Below, piece after piece: positions 38,264 to 47,377 of a DNA stretch of 64,000 bases. The notes under the pieces were generated by a model. The model ran no database searches and was not told the DNA's origin. It worked only from the letters and a program-made list of their open reading frames with translations. Position 1 is the stretch's first letter. The number at the start of each line of letters is the position of its first letter. Origin of the DNA: a virus (lineage: Duplodnaviria; Caudoviricetes); IMG/VR virus record IMGVR_UViG_3300046490_000096, positions 17,161 to 81,160 of that record; one strand, written 5' to 3'. The position numbers and the translations under genes are program-made.

Positions 38264-38583
38264 TGCGTCACGAAACGAGCGAACGATTCCACAGCCTCCG
38301 CCGAGCACTCATGGATCGCCGCCACGTCCAGTAGGAGAGTCGACGCGATGGTGGCGCCGATCCTGGACTCCGCCATCCTCGGGCCACAGAGTCCGAAGGC
38401 TGCCAAACTCGTCACGCCGCCGGTCTTCCCGTGCCAATAGCGAATGTTCCGCGCCTCGTACAGACGCACGCTCTTGTTCTTGACCACCTCCGCATCGGTA
38501 GACTTGATGTGACCAAACCACAGCCCATAGCTCCCGTTACCTACGATGACCCACCTCTTCGCGATCTTCTTTGCCTTACTCAT
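38260..38583 (-). CDS. DUF6948-like phage protein
   Basis: GLWFGHI...VRLYEARNIRYWHG...SLAAFG...IHECSAEA. First gene after a motif-A promoter. Confidence 0.6.
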   Translation of the reverse strand: MSKAKKIAKRWVIVGNGSYGLWFGHIKSTDAEVVKNKSVRLYEARNIRYWHGKTGGVTSLAAFGLCGPRMAESRIGATIASTLLLDVAAIHECSAEAVESFARFVTQ

Positions 38584-38615
38584 GTTGTCCCTCTCAGTTG
38601 GATTTCGTTCCTTCT

Positions 38616-38649
38616 CCCCTGTATATGCGTCTCGCTCGAAACGGCTTCG
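38616..38649 (-). promoter_or_regulatory. Motif A promoter-like element
   Basis: CGAAGCCGTTTCGAGCGAGACGCATATACAGGGG. Confidence 0.75.
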
Positions 38650-38650
38650 A

Positions 38651-39085
38651 TCAAAATGGAACGTTTTCGTCCCCTGCTGGCGGCGCCTGCGACGACGTGT
38701 CGAAGTCGTTCCGAGGCACCTGGCTGCCGGTGTCGCGGTCTTTGCCGTTGCCGTTGGGCTTCCCCAGGAATACGACGCGTTCTGCGACCACGTCTGTCAC
38801 GTAGCGCTTGATGCCTTCCTTGTCCTCGTAGTTCCGGGTCTGCAATCGGCCCTCGACGTAGACCTGCTGCCCCTTCGTGAGATACTTGCCGCAGTTCTCG
38901 GCCGACTGGCCCCACACAGTTACGCGGATCCACTCCGTGCGCTCCTGCTTGGCTCCAGCCTTGTCCTTCCACTGTTCGTTGCAGGCCAGGCTAAGGTTGC
39001 ACACGGGCTGATTGCTTGCTGTGAACTTCAGCTCGGGGTCGGCTCCCAAATTCCCAATGCCGAGCCATTTATTGACGCTGCCCAT
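38651..39085 (-). CDS. ssb: Single-stranded DNA-binding protein
   Basis: VNKWLGIGNLGADPE, TEWIRVTVWG, KGQQVYVEGRLQTR and the acidic DENVPF tail. Confidence 0.95.
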   Translation of the reverse strand: MGSVNKWLGIGNLGADPELKFTASNQPVCNLSLACNEQWKDKAGAKQERTEWIRVTVWGQSAENCGKYLTKGQQVYVEGRLQTRNYEDKEGIKRYVTDVVAERVVFLGKPNGNGKDRDTGSQVPRNDFDTSSQAPPAGDENVPF

Positions 39086-39086
39086 C

Positions 39087-39443
39087 CTACGCCAGTGCCT
39101 CGGCCATCGCCTTGACCGTGGCCAAGAACAGATGATCCTTCTGCTGCTGTGCAGGCGGTAGCTCGGCGTATGACACAAAGCGCGGGTGCTCCTTCTTCTC
39201 CGGATCCTTGACCGGGCCGTACTTCCATCCCGTTGCGTACTTTTCGGCAAGCCACGACTCGTGCGACTGCTCTGGCGTGTTCCCAGCGAGCGCACCAGCA
39301 ACGCCATTGATGGCTGACGAGCGCTGCCAGTCGGGAGCGTCCTTCCATGCTGGCTGCGACAGGTCGCCGTGGGCTTCGCAGTAGATGCGGTTCATTTCGT
39401 GGGCAGCTTCTGCACATTTTTCGATTTTCTGTTGTGTATCCAT
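39087..39443 (-). CDS. RyR-domain protein
   Basis: PEQSHESWLAEKYATGWKYGPVKDPEKKEHP..VSYAELP..QQQKD. Confidence 0.85.
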   Translation of the reverse strand: MDTQQKIEKCAEAAHEMNRIYCEAHGDLSQPAWKDAPDWQRSSAINGVAGALAGNTPEQSHESWLAEKYATGWKYGPVKDPEKKEHPRFVSYAELPPAQQQKDHLFLATVKAMAEALA

Positions 39444-39612
39444 CAGACCCTCTCCTTCTTTCGTTCCGGTTCCTTGGGCGACCTGCTCACCATGAAGGCA
39501 TCCTTCTGGACGATCTTCAGGGCCGCCCTCTTGATCTTCAATCGAGCTGGGAACTGCGCGCAGCACTCCGGGCAAAGACAGGGGAGAGCTCGGCGGGATT
39601 CCCGGCTGCTGC

Positions 39613-40143
39613 TCACGATGTCGGCCTCGCTGGTTGTGGCGCCCATAGGTACAGCTTCCCGCGCACAACCCGATCCTTCGTCCAGCCGGCTTTCTTGTAG
39701 CAGCACCCTGGATTGGTCGAACGCACGTTCTTAATTCCGATCTCGGTGCGCAGTCTCTCGACGGGAAGTTCACCGTAGCGTTTGAGCCACTCCGCATAGG
39801 TCATTTCGAGGGCCGCGCGCACTAGATCCGACGATCGCTCCTCGCCGAGGTTTCGGAAGACCATGTTGCGCCAGATGTACCGCGGCGCCGAGTCGGTTGC
39901 TCCTGTGCGCCCTCGGCTTGCCCCGGTCCCGCGTGCACTCGGTGTCCGCTGCCGAACCACCGCCCACACGGCGTCGCCGTCGTCGGTAACGAGTACAATC
40001 TCTTGGCCTACGCCGGTGAACGTCTTACTCCCTGGCGTGCGGCGAGAATAGTGCGGCCCCTTTCCTGCGTGCTTGCCGGTGCCATCGACAACGTCCAGGG
40101 CGCGCCGGTCACTGGACGATGACAATGTCCAGCGAGCGATCAC
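39613..40143 (-). CDS. Putative GNAT-fold, Mom-like DNA-modification protein
   Basis: HYSRRTPG...WRNMVFRN...SSDLVRAA...VRSTNPGCCYKKAGW resembles Mom/XF1762-like acyltransferases. Confidence 0.45.
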   Translation of the reverse strand: MIARWTLSSSSDRRALDVVDGTGKHAGKGPHYSRRTPGSKTFTGVGQEIVLVTDDGDAVWAVVRQRTPSARGTGASRGRTGATDSAPRYIWRNMVFRNLGEERSSDLVRAALEMTYAEWLKRYGELPVERLRTEIGIKNVRSTNPGCCYKKAGWTKDRVVRGKLYLWAPQPARPTS

Positions 40144-42032
40144 GACGGCCGATTCTCCGTCGCCTGAAACGCCTTCGAGAATGCCGACACGACCGCCGCC
40201 ACCTTGGCCATGGCTTCGTCGCCTGCGTTGTAGAGCTTCATCCGCTCCACGAACAGCACCACGGCTGCGGTCTTGGATACGCTCGGAGCCTCGGCCTCGA
40301 ATAGCTCGACTAGCTTTCCCAGGAAGGTCAGCGTCTCGATCACGACCGGGGCGATTTCGCGATCTGGGATGAGGCGAGTCGCCCGGATGTGATCGGCGGC
40401 TTCGAGGGCGAGGACTTCTTCGGCGGTCTTGTCGTTCACGTTTTCACCTTGTGTTGATCCAGTAGCTCGTCAGCGCCCGCTCGCCCAATTCCCGGCACTC
40501 GGGGCACGTCGCAAAGTCGTATTCCTGCGTCCACTTTTCCCGGATGCTCGCCCCGCAGATAGGATAGCCACCCACTCCAAAGTGCATGATCGCCGGCTCT
40601 GGGAAGAGCAATGAAGGCAGTGCGGAACGCTTCTGTAAAGGCTCCGGAAGAGACCCGACTCGCCACCATGCCCGCCACCAAATCCGCCTCCATCCCCCGA
40701 TAGCTTCGAAGCGACTCCGGGCCCACGCCAGTCTCCCGACCTGCACTAGCCAGATGTTCGGCGCTTCCTGCATCGCTTGTCACGACGTGAGCCTACTGCC
40801 ACCTTGGCCGCGGTAGCAAGGAATCCCGCCTCGACGGATCGGTGGTACTGCTCCAGCTTCCACTGATGCATGAACCCTAGAACAGTTCCCCTCCTCTTGT
40901 AGCGCCAGAGCTTCGGGTCCTCGTGGTTGTCCTTGAGCATCTCGAAGGCTTGCTGATAGCTCAGCCCGCACCGGAACGAGTCGTAGCCGGGAAGGCCGCG
41001 CTTCGCGCCCCACTTCGAGGCCATTCACCGGATTTCCCTCGCGTCCGGCAACGCGCCCATGTGCCGTTTCCTAGCCGCGTCTTCCTTCTGCACCCGCGTC
41101 TGCCAGGCCCTGTATTCCAAAGCGTTCATCCTTCGCCTGGTCGGGTACTGCGACGGCTCCGGCTCCAATCCCGTGCGCAGACCGGCCGCCTTCTTCGCCC
41201 TACATCCTGCGCAGCGCTCGGTGTAGGTCGGAGTCTCCCCTGCCTCCTTGCCCTTGCGGCACTGGGAACAGGTGTAGGGCTTCGCGGATTTGCTCACCAC
41301 ACACCTGCCTTGTGCGCTTCGTAGGCATCCTTGTAGAGCATGATTGCCTTTCCGACCCTTCTCAGCACAGTCGGATGCAGCGGCCTCCCGCGCTTTCCCT
41401 TGGGCGTTATCACGAGTCCGCCGTCCTTGTTCACGGACAGTGCAACCTGGCTCGCCCCGTTGACCTTGCACACCTCGCGTATCCCCTGCTCCGTGAAGGT
41501 CAGTCCCGTGGCGTGACAAATCTTCTCGATGTCCCGCAAGAACTGCCTCTGCGTGTGGACCGTCGAAGTCTTGTAGGTGCGGTCGCGCATGGTGATTCGC
41601 TCCTGCCGGCGGCGGCGTTCGGTCGTCGGGTTGGCGTGGCCGAGTCGGCAGCGGGTGCGCTTACTCACGACCTCGCCACCCTTCCCAAGTCTTCCATCAT
41701 GCCCTTCACCGGAAAGCCCTTCGGATTGCCACTGATGACCGTGAACCCCGTCCCCACTGAATGCACGACGGACCGGCGAGGAGACGTTGCCTTGTAGCCG
41801 GAAGGGGTCCGCTCGAAACTGCACACCTTCTCGGCGCCTTCGATGTCGAAGCCGAGAGCGCAGACTTCAGAGAGAGCAGCGGAGGCCCACTGGGTGAACC
41901 AACTCGTAATGTCTCCCATCTGCCCAACGCGGTCGACGATGTCCGCCTCGTCCCCAACTAGATCCATCTTCGATGTGCCGTTCTCCCAATTCACCTCCGC
42001 GCGAAGAAGAGCGTCCGCCCTTTGCGCCCGAG

Positions 42033-42764
42033 TCACTGCCCACCTCCCAGCACGTCCGCGTGCTTCTGCCGGTGCAGAGCAATCCGGTCCCGCAGGCGTT
42101 CGATGCGGTGGCGAGTCCCGGCGCTGGCGGCGAGGATGCGGGCGGAATCACCCTGCACCTTTGCGACCTCGTCAGCCGCCGACGCGCTCGCCTTCAGTGC
42201 CGCCTCGCGGACACCTACCGCCTGCATGACCTCGGCGCACTTCACGTCGGCCAGTGCCTTCAGTTCGTCGATTTGCCCAAGCAACTCGCTGTAGTCCATG
42301 CGCGCGGCATCCTCTGCGCGCCTCGCAACGTCCGCCTCAGTCGACGCCACCGCCGACTTCACTTGCGCATCCGCAATCCCCGCATCGTGGCCCTTGATTC
42401 GCTCCGCCAGCTCGGCCTCGGCCTTGTCCAGCTCGATCTGCAGCCGGTCCAGCTTCGCCTGCACCAGCTTGCGCTCGGCCTCCGGGTCTTTCACCACCCG
42501 GCCAATCAACTCCACCGGAGCGTCGCCTTTAAGCTTTCTGTTCATCGCCCGCACCGCGCAGCCACAGATGCGGCTCTCGGTCTTGCCCTCGCGCTGGTAG
42601 TCCTGGAATCCCTTCCCATTGCACCATCGGCACTGCGGGTTGGCCATCGAGAGAACCTCCGACAGGGGCGCTTGGCCCAAGTCGAGTTTCACCATCGGGT
42701 CGGCGGAGCGCGGCGGCTGACCCGGAGGTACGAGCGGAGCTTCTTGGGACTGTTCGGTGTTCAT
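42033..42764 (-). CDS. Zn-finger plus long coiled-coil protein
   Basis: CRWCNGKG...CGC followed by heptad repeats. Confidence 0.6.
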   Translation of the reverse strand: MNTEQSQEAPLVPPGQPPRSADPMVKLDLGQAPLSEVLSMANPQCRWCNGKGFQDYQREGKTESRICGCAVRAMNRKLKGDAPVELIGRVVKDPEAERKLVQAKLDRLQIELDKAEAELAERIKGHDAGIADAQVKSAVASTEADVARRAEDAARMDYSELLGQIDELKALADVKCAEVMQAVGVREAALKASASAADEVAKVQGDSARILAASAGTRHRIERLRDRIALHRQKHADVLGGGQ

Positions 42765-42937
42765 CGTGTTTCCTTCACCGCTGCCATGCATTCAGCGGGT
42801 CCGCCGCCCTTGCTCAGACAATCCGCAAAGGCTTCGTTGCTTTGCCTCTGACCCATGATTCTCATAACCGTCAGAGCCACGACAATGGCAACAAGTGCCA
42901 GCGCCACAATCCAAAGTTGCTTCGAGTCTTCGTTCAT
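42761..42937 (-). CDS. Small single-pass membrane protein (58 aa)
   Basis: Translated by hand: MNEDSKQLWIVALALVAIVVALTVMRIMGQ...ETR*. First gene after motif A at 42.95 kb; ATGA-coupled. Confidence 0.6.
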   Translation of the reverse strand: MNEDSKQLWIVALALVAIVVALTVMRIMGQRQSNEAFADCLSKGGGPAECMAAVKETR

Positions 42938-42953
42938 TGCCTCTTTCCCCTCT

Positions 42954-42987
42954 CCCCTGTATATGCGTCTAGGCCGAAACGGCTTCG
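42954..42987 (-). promoter_or_regulatory. Motif A promoter-like element overlapping the TerL-ATPase stop
   Basis: CGAAGCCGTTTCGGCCTAGACGCATATACAGGGG. Confidence 0.75.
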
Positions 42988-43769
42988 ATCAAATCTGGGT
43001 AATCGTCTCCACCCCCGACCACGGTCTGTTCCACCTCCGTGCAGTCGTCGGAAATGCTCTGCCGCAAAGTGCACCACCGGGGCCGCTGCATGAGATGGTG
43101 AAGGGCGTCGTCTTGGTGCCACGTTGTGCCAATAGCAAGCATGTTCCCGTCCGGCTCCAAGCGGGAAAACCACGTCTCTTCCAGCAGCGAGAGCACCCTG
43201 CGCCGCTGGATTGGGTCCATGCTGTTCTTTTGGTCCACCACGTCATCTAGCAACTCGATATCTGCGCGTCCACCAATGCCCGTCGTGAAGATTCCGCGGG
43301 CCTGCACCGTTGGGTCGACCGCATGCCCCACGCGCTTCACGTAGAGTTCGTGCCCCGTCCACGCTCCGCCGCTCACCACGCCTGGGAACACCTGCCGATA
43401 GACCACGGACTCGAGAATGCGCTTCACAGCCCCCACCCGCTTGCTCGCCGAGTCGTCGTCGTTGGTGATGATCTTGATGCGCAGGTTCGGGTCTTGACCG
43501 ATCATGTAGGCGCATAGAGGTACAAGTAGGGAACTTGACTTCCCATGGCCGAAGGGCGCCAGCGTCATACATCTTAACTCACGAGTCCAACAGTAGTTCA
43601 GGTGCCGAATCCAGGACATGTGAATCGGGGCCAGCTTGATGCCGACGCCGTGATCGTCCTTCACGGCGAGCGCGATGAAGTTGGCCAAACTCGTGCGGGC
43701 CCGCGCCACCTTCGCGTTCCACAGGGCAGCGAGAGCGCGCGCGGGCGATGGCTTATGCTGTGGGGGCAT
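42969..43769 (-). CDS. terL: Terminase large subunit, N-terminal ATPase half (stand-alone gene)
   Basis: Walker A APFGHGKS, Walker B ADIELLDD, coupling motif IGTTWHQDD. Ends at a TAG before any nuclease domain. Confidence 0.85.
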   Translation of the reverse strand: MPPQHKPSPARALAALWNAKVARARTSLANFIALAVKDDHGVGIKLAPIHMSWIRHLNYCWTRELRCMTLAPFGHGKSSSLLVPLCAYMIGQDPNLRIKIITNDDDSASKRVGAVKRILESVVYRQVFPGVVSGGAWTGHELYVKRVGHAVDPTVQARGIFTTGIGGRADIELLDDVVDQKNSMDPIQRRRVLSLLEETWFSRLEPDGNMLAIGTTWHQDDALHHLMQRPRWCTLRQSISDDCTEVEQTVVGGGDDYPDLIEAVSA

Positions 43770-44172
43770 CGTCCTTCCGTCCAAACTTCGCCAGCAGCCA
43801 CTTCGCGACGAAGTCCAAGGGACTCGATACGATGGGAAACGCCGGGTCCCCGGTCATGCCCATCGGCTCGAAACGCATGCCCATAAGCTTCCTGACGCTT
43901 GGTTCGAACGGGACGCCGTACTGCCAAGCCATACTCAAACTCATCGCTACCGCGTCGAGGGCGCCCCTGGCCATGGAGCCTTCCTGATCAGCCTTGATAA
44001 ACACCTCGCCGGGCCGTCCGTCTTCGTACAGCCCAACGTGGACGTACATTTTGAGCGGTCCGCGCTTGATTTCCTTTCCGCAGTGCTCGCACTTCTTCGG
44101 CTGGCGTGGGATGCGGAACGCCTTGCAGACGCTCTTGCGCTCGTCCGGCAGGCGCATTCGCTCTGGCGTCAC
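43753..44172 (-). CDS. Stand-alone TSCPD domain (class II ribonucleotide reductase C-terminal-like)
   Basis: RLPDERKS...YVHVGLYEDGRPGEVFI...SMAWQYGVP...MRFEPMG...SSPLDFVAKWL. Confidence 0.85.
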   Translation of the reverse strand: MTPERMRLPDERKSVCKAFRIPRQPKKCEHCGKEIKRGPLKMYVHVGLYEDGRPGEVFIKADQEGSMARGALDAVAMSLSMAWQYGVPFEPSVRKLMGMRFEPMGMTGDPAFPIVSSPLDFVAKWLLAKFGRKDDAPTA

Positions 44173-46683
44173 GGCGTCCCCGCCTTCTTCCGCCGCGCCT
44201 CTTCGAGCATGCGCATTAATTGCTGGATGAATGTCTCACCGCCCGGCGCTTGGGTCACACACCACTCTTTGTGGACCCTATTGAATTCGGCCTCGGTAAG
44301 CTCCGTGCGTGGGCGGACTTTCGCACGCTGGGCCTCGGCTGCCCTGATGACCAAATCCGCGTGACCACTCGCGGAGTTTCCAGCCTGCCCCCATGCGGTT
44401 TCCCACAGCGCGTACACATTTACAATCTCGACCTCCGTCAGCGGCTCGACCTCGACGCCGGTCTTGAGGCGGGAGACCTCGGCTTCGAGTTCGGAGCACT
44501 TGGCGACCAAGGCGGCCACGGCGTCAGGCAGCGTCGTCTGTTCCGCTTCCAGTACCGATTCTGGTAGCAGTTTCACCGTGGCCGCGGACGCCCTGCACGC
44601 TTCGACGCTCACGGCTAGTCCTGACCCGGTTCATTCGGGACAACGATGTCGGTCCAGTGGGTGACGTAGTCCGGGAAATCATCGTCACCAGGCGAACCAG
44701 AGTATGGAGGCTCGACGACTGGGAACTTCCACCACAGCTTCGGCCCCTTGTCTTCGTGCCACTCGCTCATCGGCCTAGCTGGGAACATCGCGCGGGATGG
44801 CTCTTCCCTCCCCTCGGTGGTAGCCTTCAGCCGTTCCCGCATTGATGGGTCGCTCATGGCTGTGCCTTTCGCAGTTCCGCCCGAATCTCCATCCACACCA
44901 AATCCGAGACGAACACGTAGCACTCAAAAACGGCGTTGGAGTAGCGGCAACAAGCGTCTCGGCCATTGCCGTTCTGCCAGTGCTTCGCCGCACACAACAG
45001 CGCATCAGCCTCGCGGAGTCGCTGGGCGCGGGTCATGGGATAAGCTCCACCGTGCGTCCGCCGTGTTCATAGATGCTCCCACCGTCACCGATGGACACAA
45101 TAGCGTCGCTGTTCAGATGCTTGGCTAAAGCCCGCTTGATTGCCGTCTCAGCGTTTTCCACGTAACGGTCGAAACTAGCCTGCAGCTTACTCAGCGCCTT
45201 GTCCGCATCTCTGCGGATGTCGGCTTCGCGGTCCCCAGCGGGCGGAGAGTAAAACGCCATGCCGTAGTTTTCGTGTGCACCTTCGACGGCCCCGGCCAGG
45301 TGCTCAGCGCTTTCCGGCGTTAGCTCTAGGCCACATTCATCGGCCGCCTGCGAGATGCACTCGCGCCAATATTCGGAGGGGGTCATCGTACCGCCCTCTC
45401 GGTGAGGAGCTTGCGCACGCATTCCAGCAGTATCGGATTGTTGCAGTTCTCTTTGTGCAACTCGATGCAATGGTCGATGTACTCCAGCGCAGGCGCCACG
45501 GCCTCGTCGATGCAGGCGCGGGCGTAGGCGTCGATGGCAGCCTTGGATTCTAGCGTCGCCAAGTTCACCGCGGCCACGTCGCGCCTCACGTAGTCCTCGC
45601 CGAACTCCATCATCTTCGACATGCCCAACAGCGTACGTGCGCGCCCTTCTTCGGTGAGGGCTTTGTCAAGTACCTCGCGCGCTTCCGCCTTCCGCTGGGC
45701 GGGGTTCATGGGGTCGCTCATGATTTTCCTTTCCTCACCGACTGTGCGGCGGCTCGCTGTTCACTCATCGGCTTTCACCCTGCGTCCATTGCAAACGAAT
45801 GCTCTGCACCGCGTGCACTGCGCTTCCCAGTAGTAGCAATGGCGATACCAGCGATTTGGCGTTCGGTGCAACCCAAGCCAGCACAGCAACCTCCCAATCA
45901 TTACCGTCTCCCTGGCCTGTTCGTGCGCCTGGGCTTGGCGGGCGAGGTTGGCGCGGATGTCCTTGGCCGCCGCGCGCTCCGCGAGTGCCCGCATGTCGGC
46001 GGCGACGGCGTCTCGCAATCCCTGCGACGTGATGAATGGCCACACCAGGTCGTGCCCGCGTAGCCACTTGTCCACCGCTGGCGTCTCGCTGCCCGCCTTG
46101 GGCGCAGGCTGCGCGCTCACCTCAACACCAGCATCATGTCCTGTGCCGTGGGCCCGAGCGCCCGCATTTTGCGCGCCATCTCGTCCGACGACTTCGCGCC
46201 CTTGGCCAGGATCTTGTTCAGCGCGCGTGGTGGAAGTTTCGAGAATGGCTTGCGGGGTAGCTTGGGCGTGCGTTGCATTGGTATCTCCTTGGGGCTCGGG
46301 CGCGGCGGGTGGCTGCGACGAAGCATTTCTCCATTCAGCAACACTGCCCACGGCAAACGTGACCCGGGGAAGGCTTGTAGGACCTTGTGATTGCCTCTGT
46401 GCCACGAGTCGAGAATGCGGCACCATCGTCCGGGGTCCGATGGGTCCACCTTCCATCTCACTATTTTGCCCATCAGCCTTGCTCCTTTGCTGGCGCCATC
46501 ACGGCGTCACCGATTCCGCCGGGATGATCCAGTTGTTCGGGCAATCGTGCAGGTACGTCGGCGGATACAGCCTCTCTCCACACGCAGCGCAATGATGTTT
46601 TTGATGGTCGCATTTTAGGCATCCTCCCGTCGTCATTTCGGCGCCACATCCGAGGCAGTGACCTAGACAGTCCGAGGTTGCCA

Positions 46684-46812
46684 TTACGCCACCACCGTCC
46701 AGACAATCGCGCCCTCTACGTGCCGGTACGCCCGACGCGCGCAGAGCCAGTACGTGACCAGCCCGGCGAGAAGCAGCGGCGGGAGGGCGATGAATTGGAG
46801 GTAGGCGCGCAT
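46684..46812 (-). CDS. Small membrane peptide (42 aa)
   Basis: MRAYLQFIALPPLLLAGLVTYWLC...; TAATG overlaps at both ends. Confidence 0.5.
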   Translation of the reverse strand: MRAYLQFIALPPLLLAGLVTYWLCARRAYRHVEGAIVWTVVA

Positions 46813-47342
46813 TAGCTCACCCTCCCGCTCTGTCTAGCCAGCCACCGCCAGAACGCGCGCTCCAACCGCAGCAGCTTTGCCACGTGCTTGTCCCAGCGCC
46901 AATTGCGACACTTGCCATCCTTGGAGTGGTACAGGTGCAGGCCGGCGGGAAAGGAACCGCATAGGGTTATCAGACCGGACAAGTGTCTGGCTCCGAGATG
47001 GGCGTTAATTGCCGGGTCCATCAGCTCCGCTGCCTCCAAGTGGTCCGGGTCCGCGCTTCTCCCTGGCATGATGCCGTACAATCCCGCGGCCCCCGTTGTG
47101 GCATTCACGCGGCCGGCGTGGCACCCGGACTCTGCGAACATCAGCAGAGCCAAGTGTGCTGCCGACGTGAGATGGTGACGGGACTCTGCGCGCACAAGGC
47201 CGGCCTCCGCTTCGTGGCCTGGACCGCAGAAGTATCGCACGGCTGCGTCGGACTGGTCAGCTCGGGCCGGAGCCACGAGGTAGAAGAGGGCGGCCCAGGC
47301 GAGTAGCACGATTCGCAGGATGGTCGAGCGCTTCGTTCCCAT
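46812..47342 (-). CDS. Lytic transglycosylase (SLT-like) with signal peptide
   Basis: FAESGC...GAAGLYGIMP...DPAINAHLGARHL. N-terminal hydrophobic segment ending APARA. The ATG directly follows motif A. Confidence 0.8.
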   Translation of the reverse strand: MGTKRSTILRIVLLAWAALFYLVAPARADQSDAAVRYFCGPGHEAEAGLVRAESRHHLTSAAHLALLMFAESGCHAGRVNATTGAAGLYGIMPGRSADPDHLEAAELMDPAINAHLGARHLSGLITLCGSFPAGLHLYHSKDGKCRNWRWDKHVAKLLRLERAFWRWLARQSGRVS

Positions 47343-47343
47343 A

Positions 47344-47377
47344 CCCCTGTATATGCTCCTACTCCCAAACGGCTTCA
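47344..47377 (-). promoter_or_regulatory. Motif A promoter-like element
   Basis: TGAAGCCGTTTGGGAGTAGGAGCATATACAGGGG. Confidence 0.75.

Noticed and set aside
32477-42969. Split intein or excisable DNA element rejoining terL
   Set aside because: There is no Cys/Ser-initiated intein N motif or His-Asn C motif, no convincing direct repeats at the junctions (only a short CGACGAC), and no recombinase in the window.
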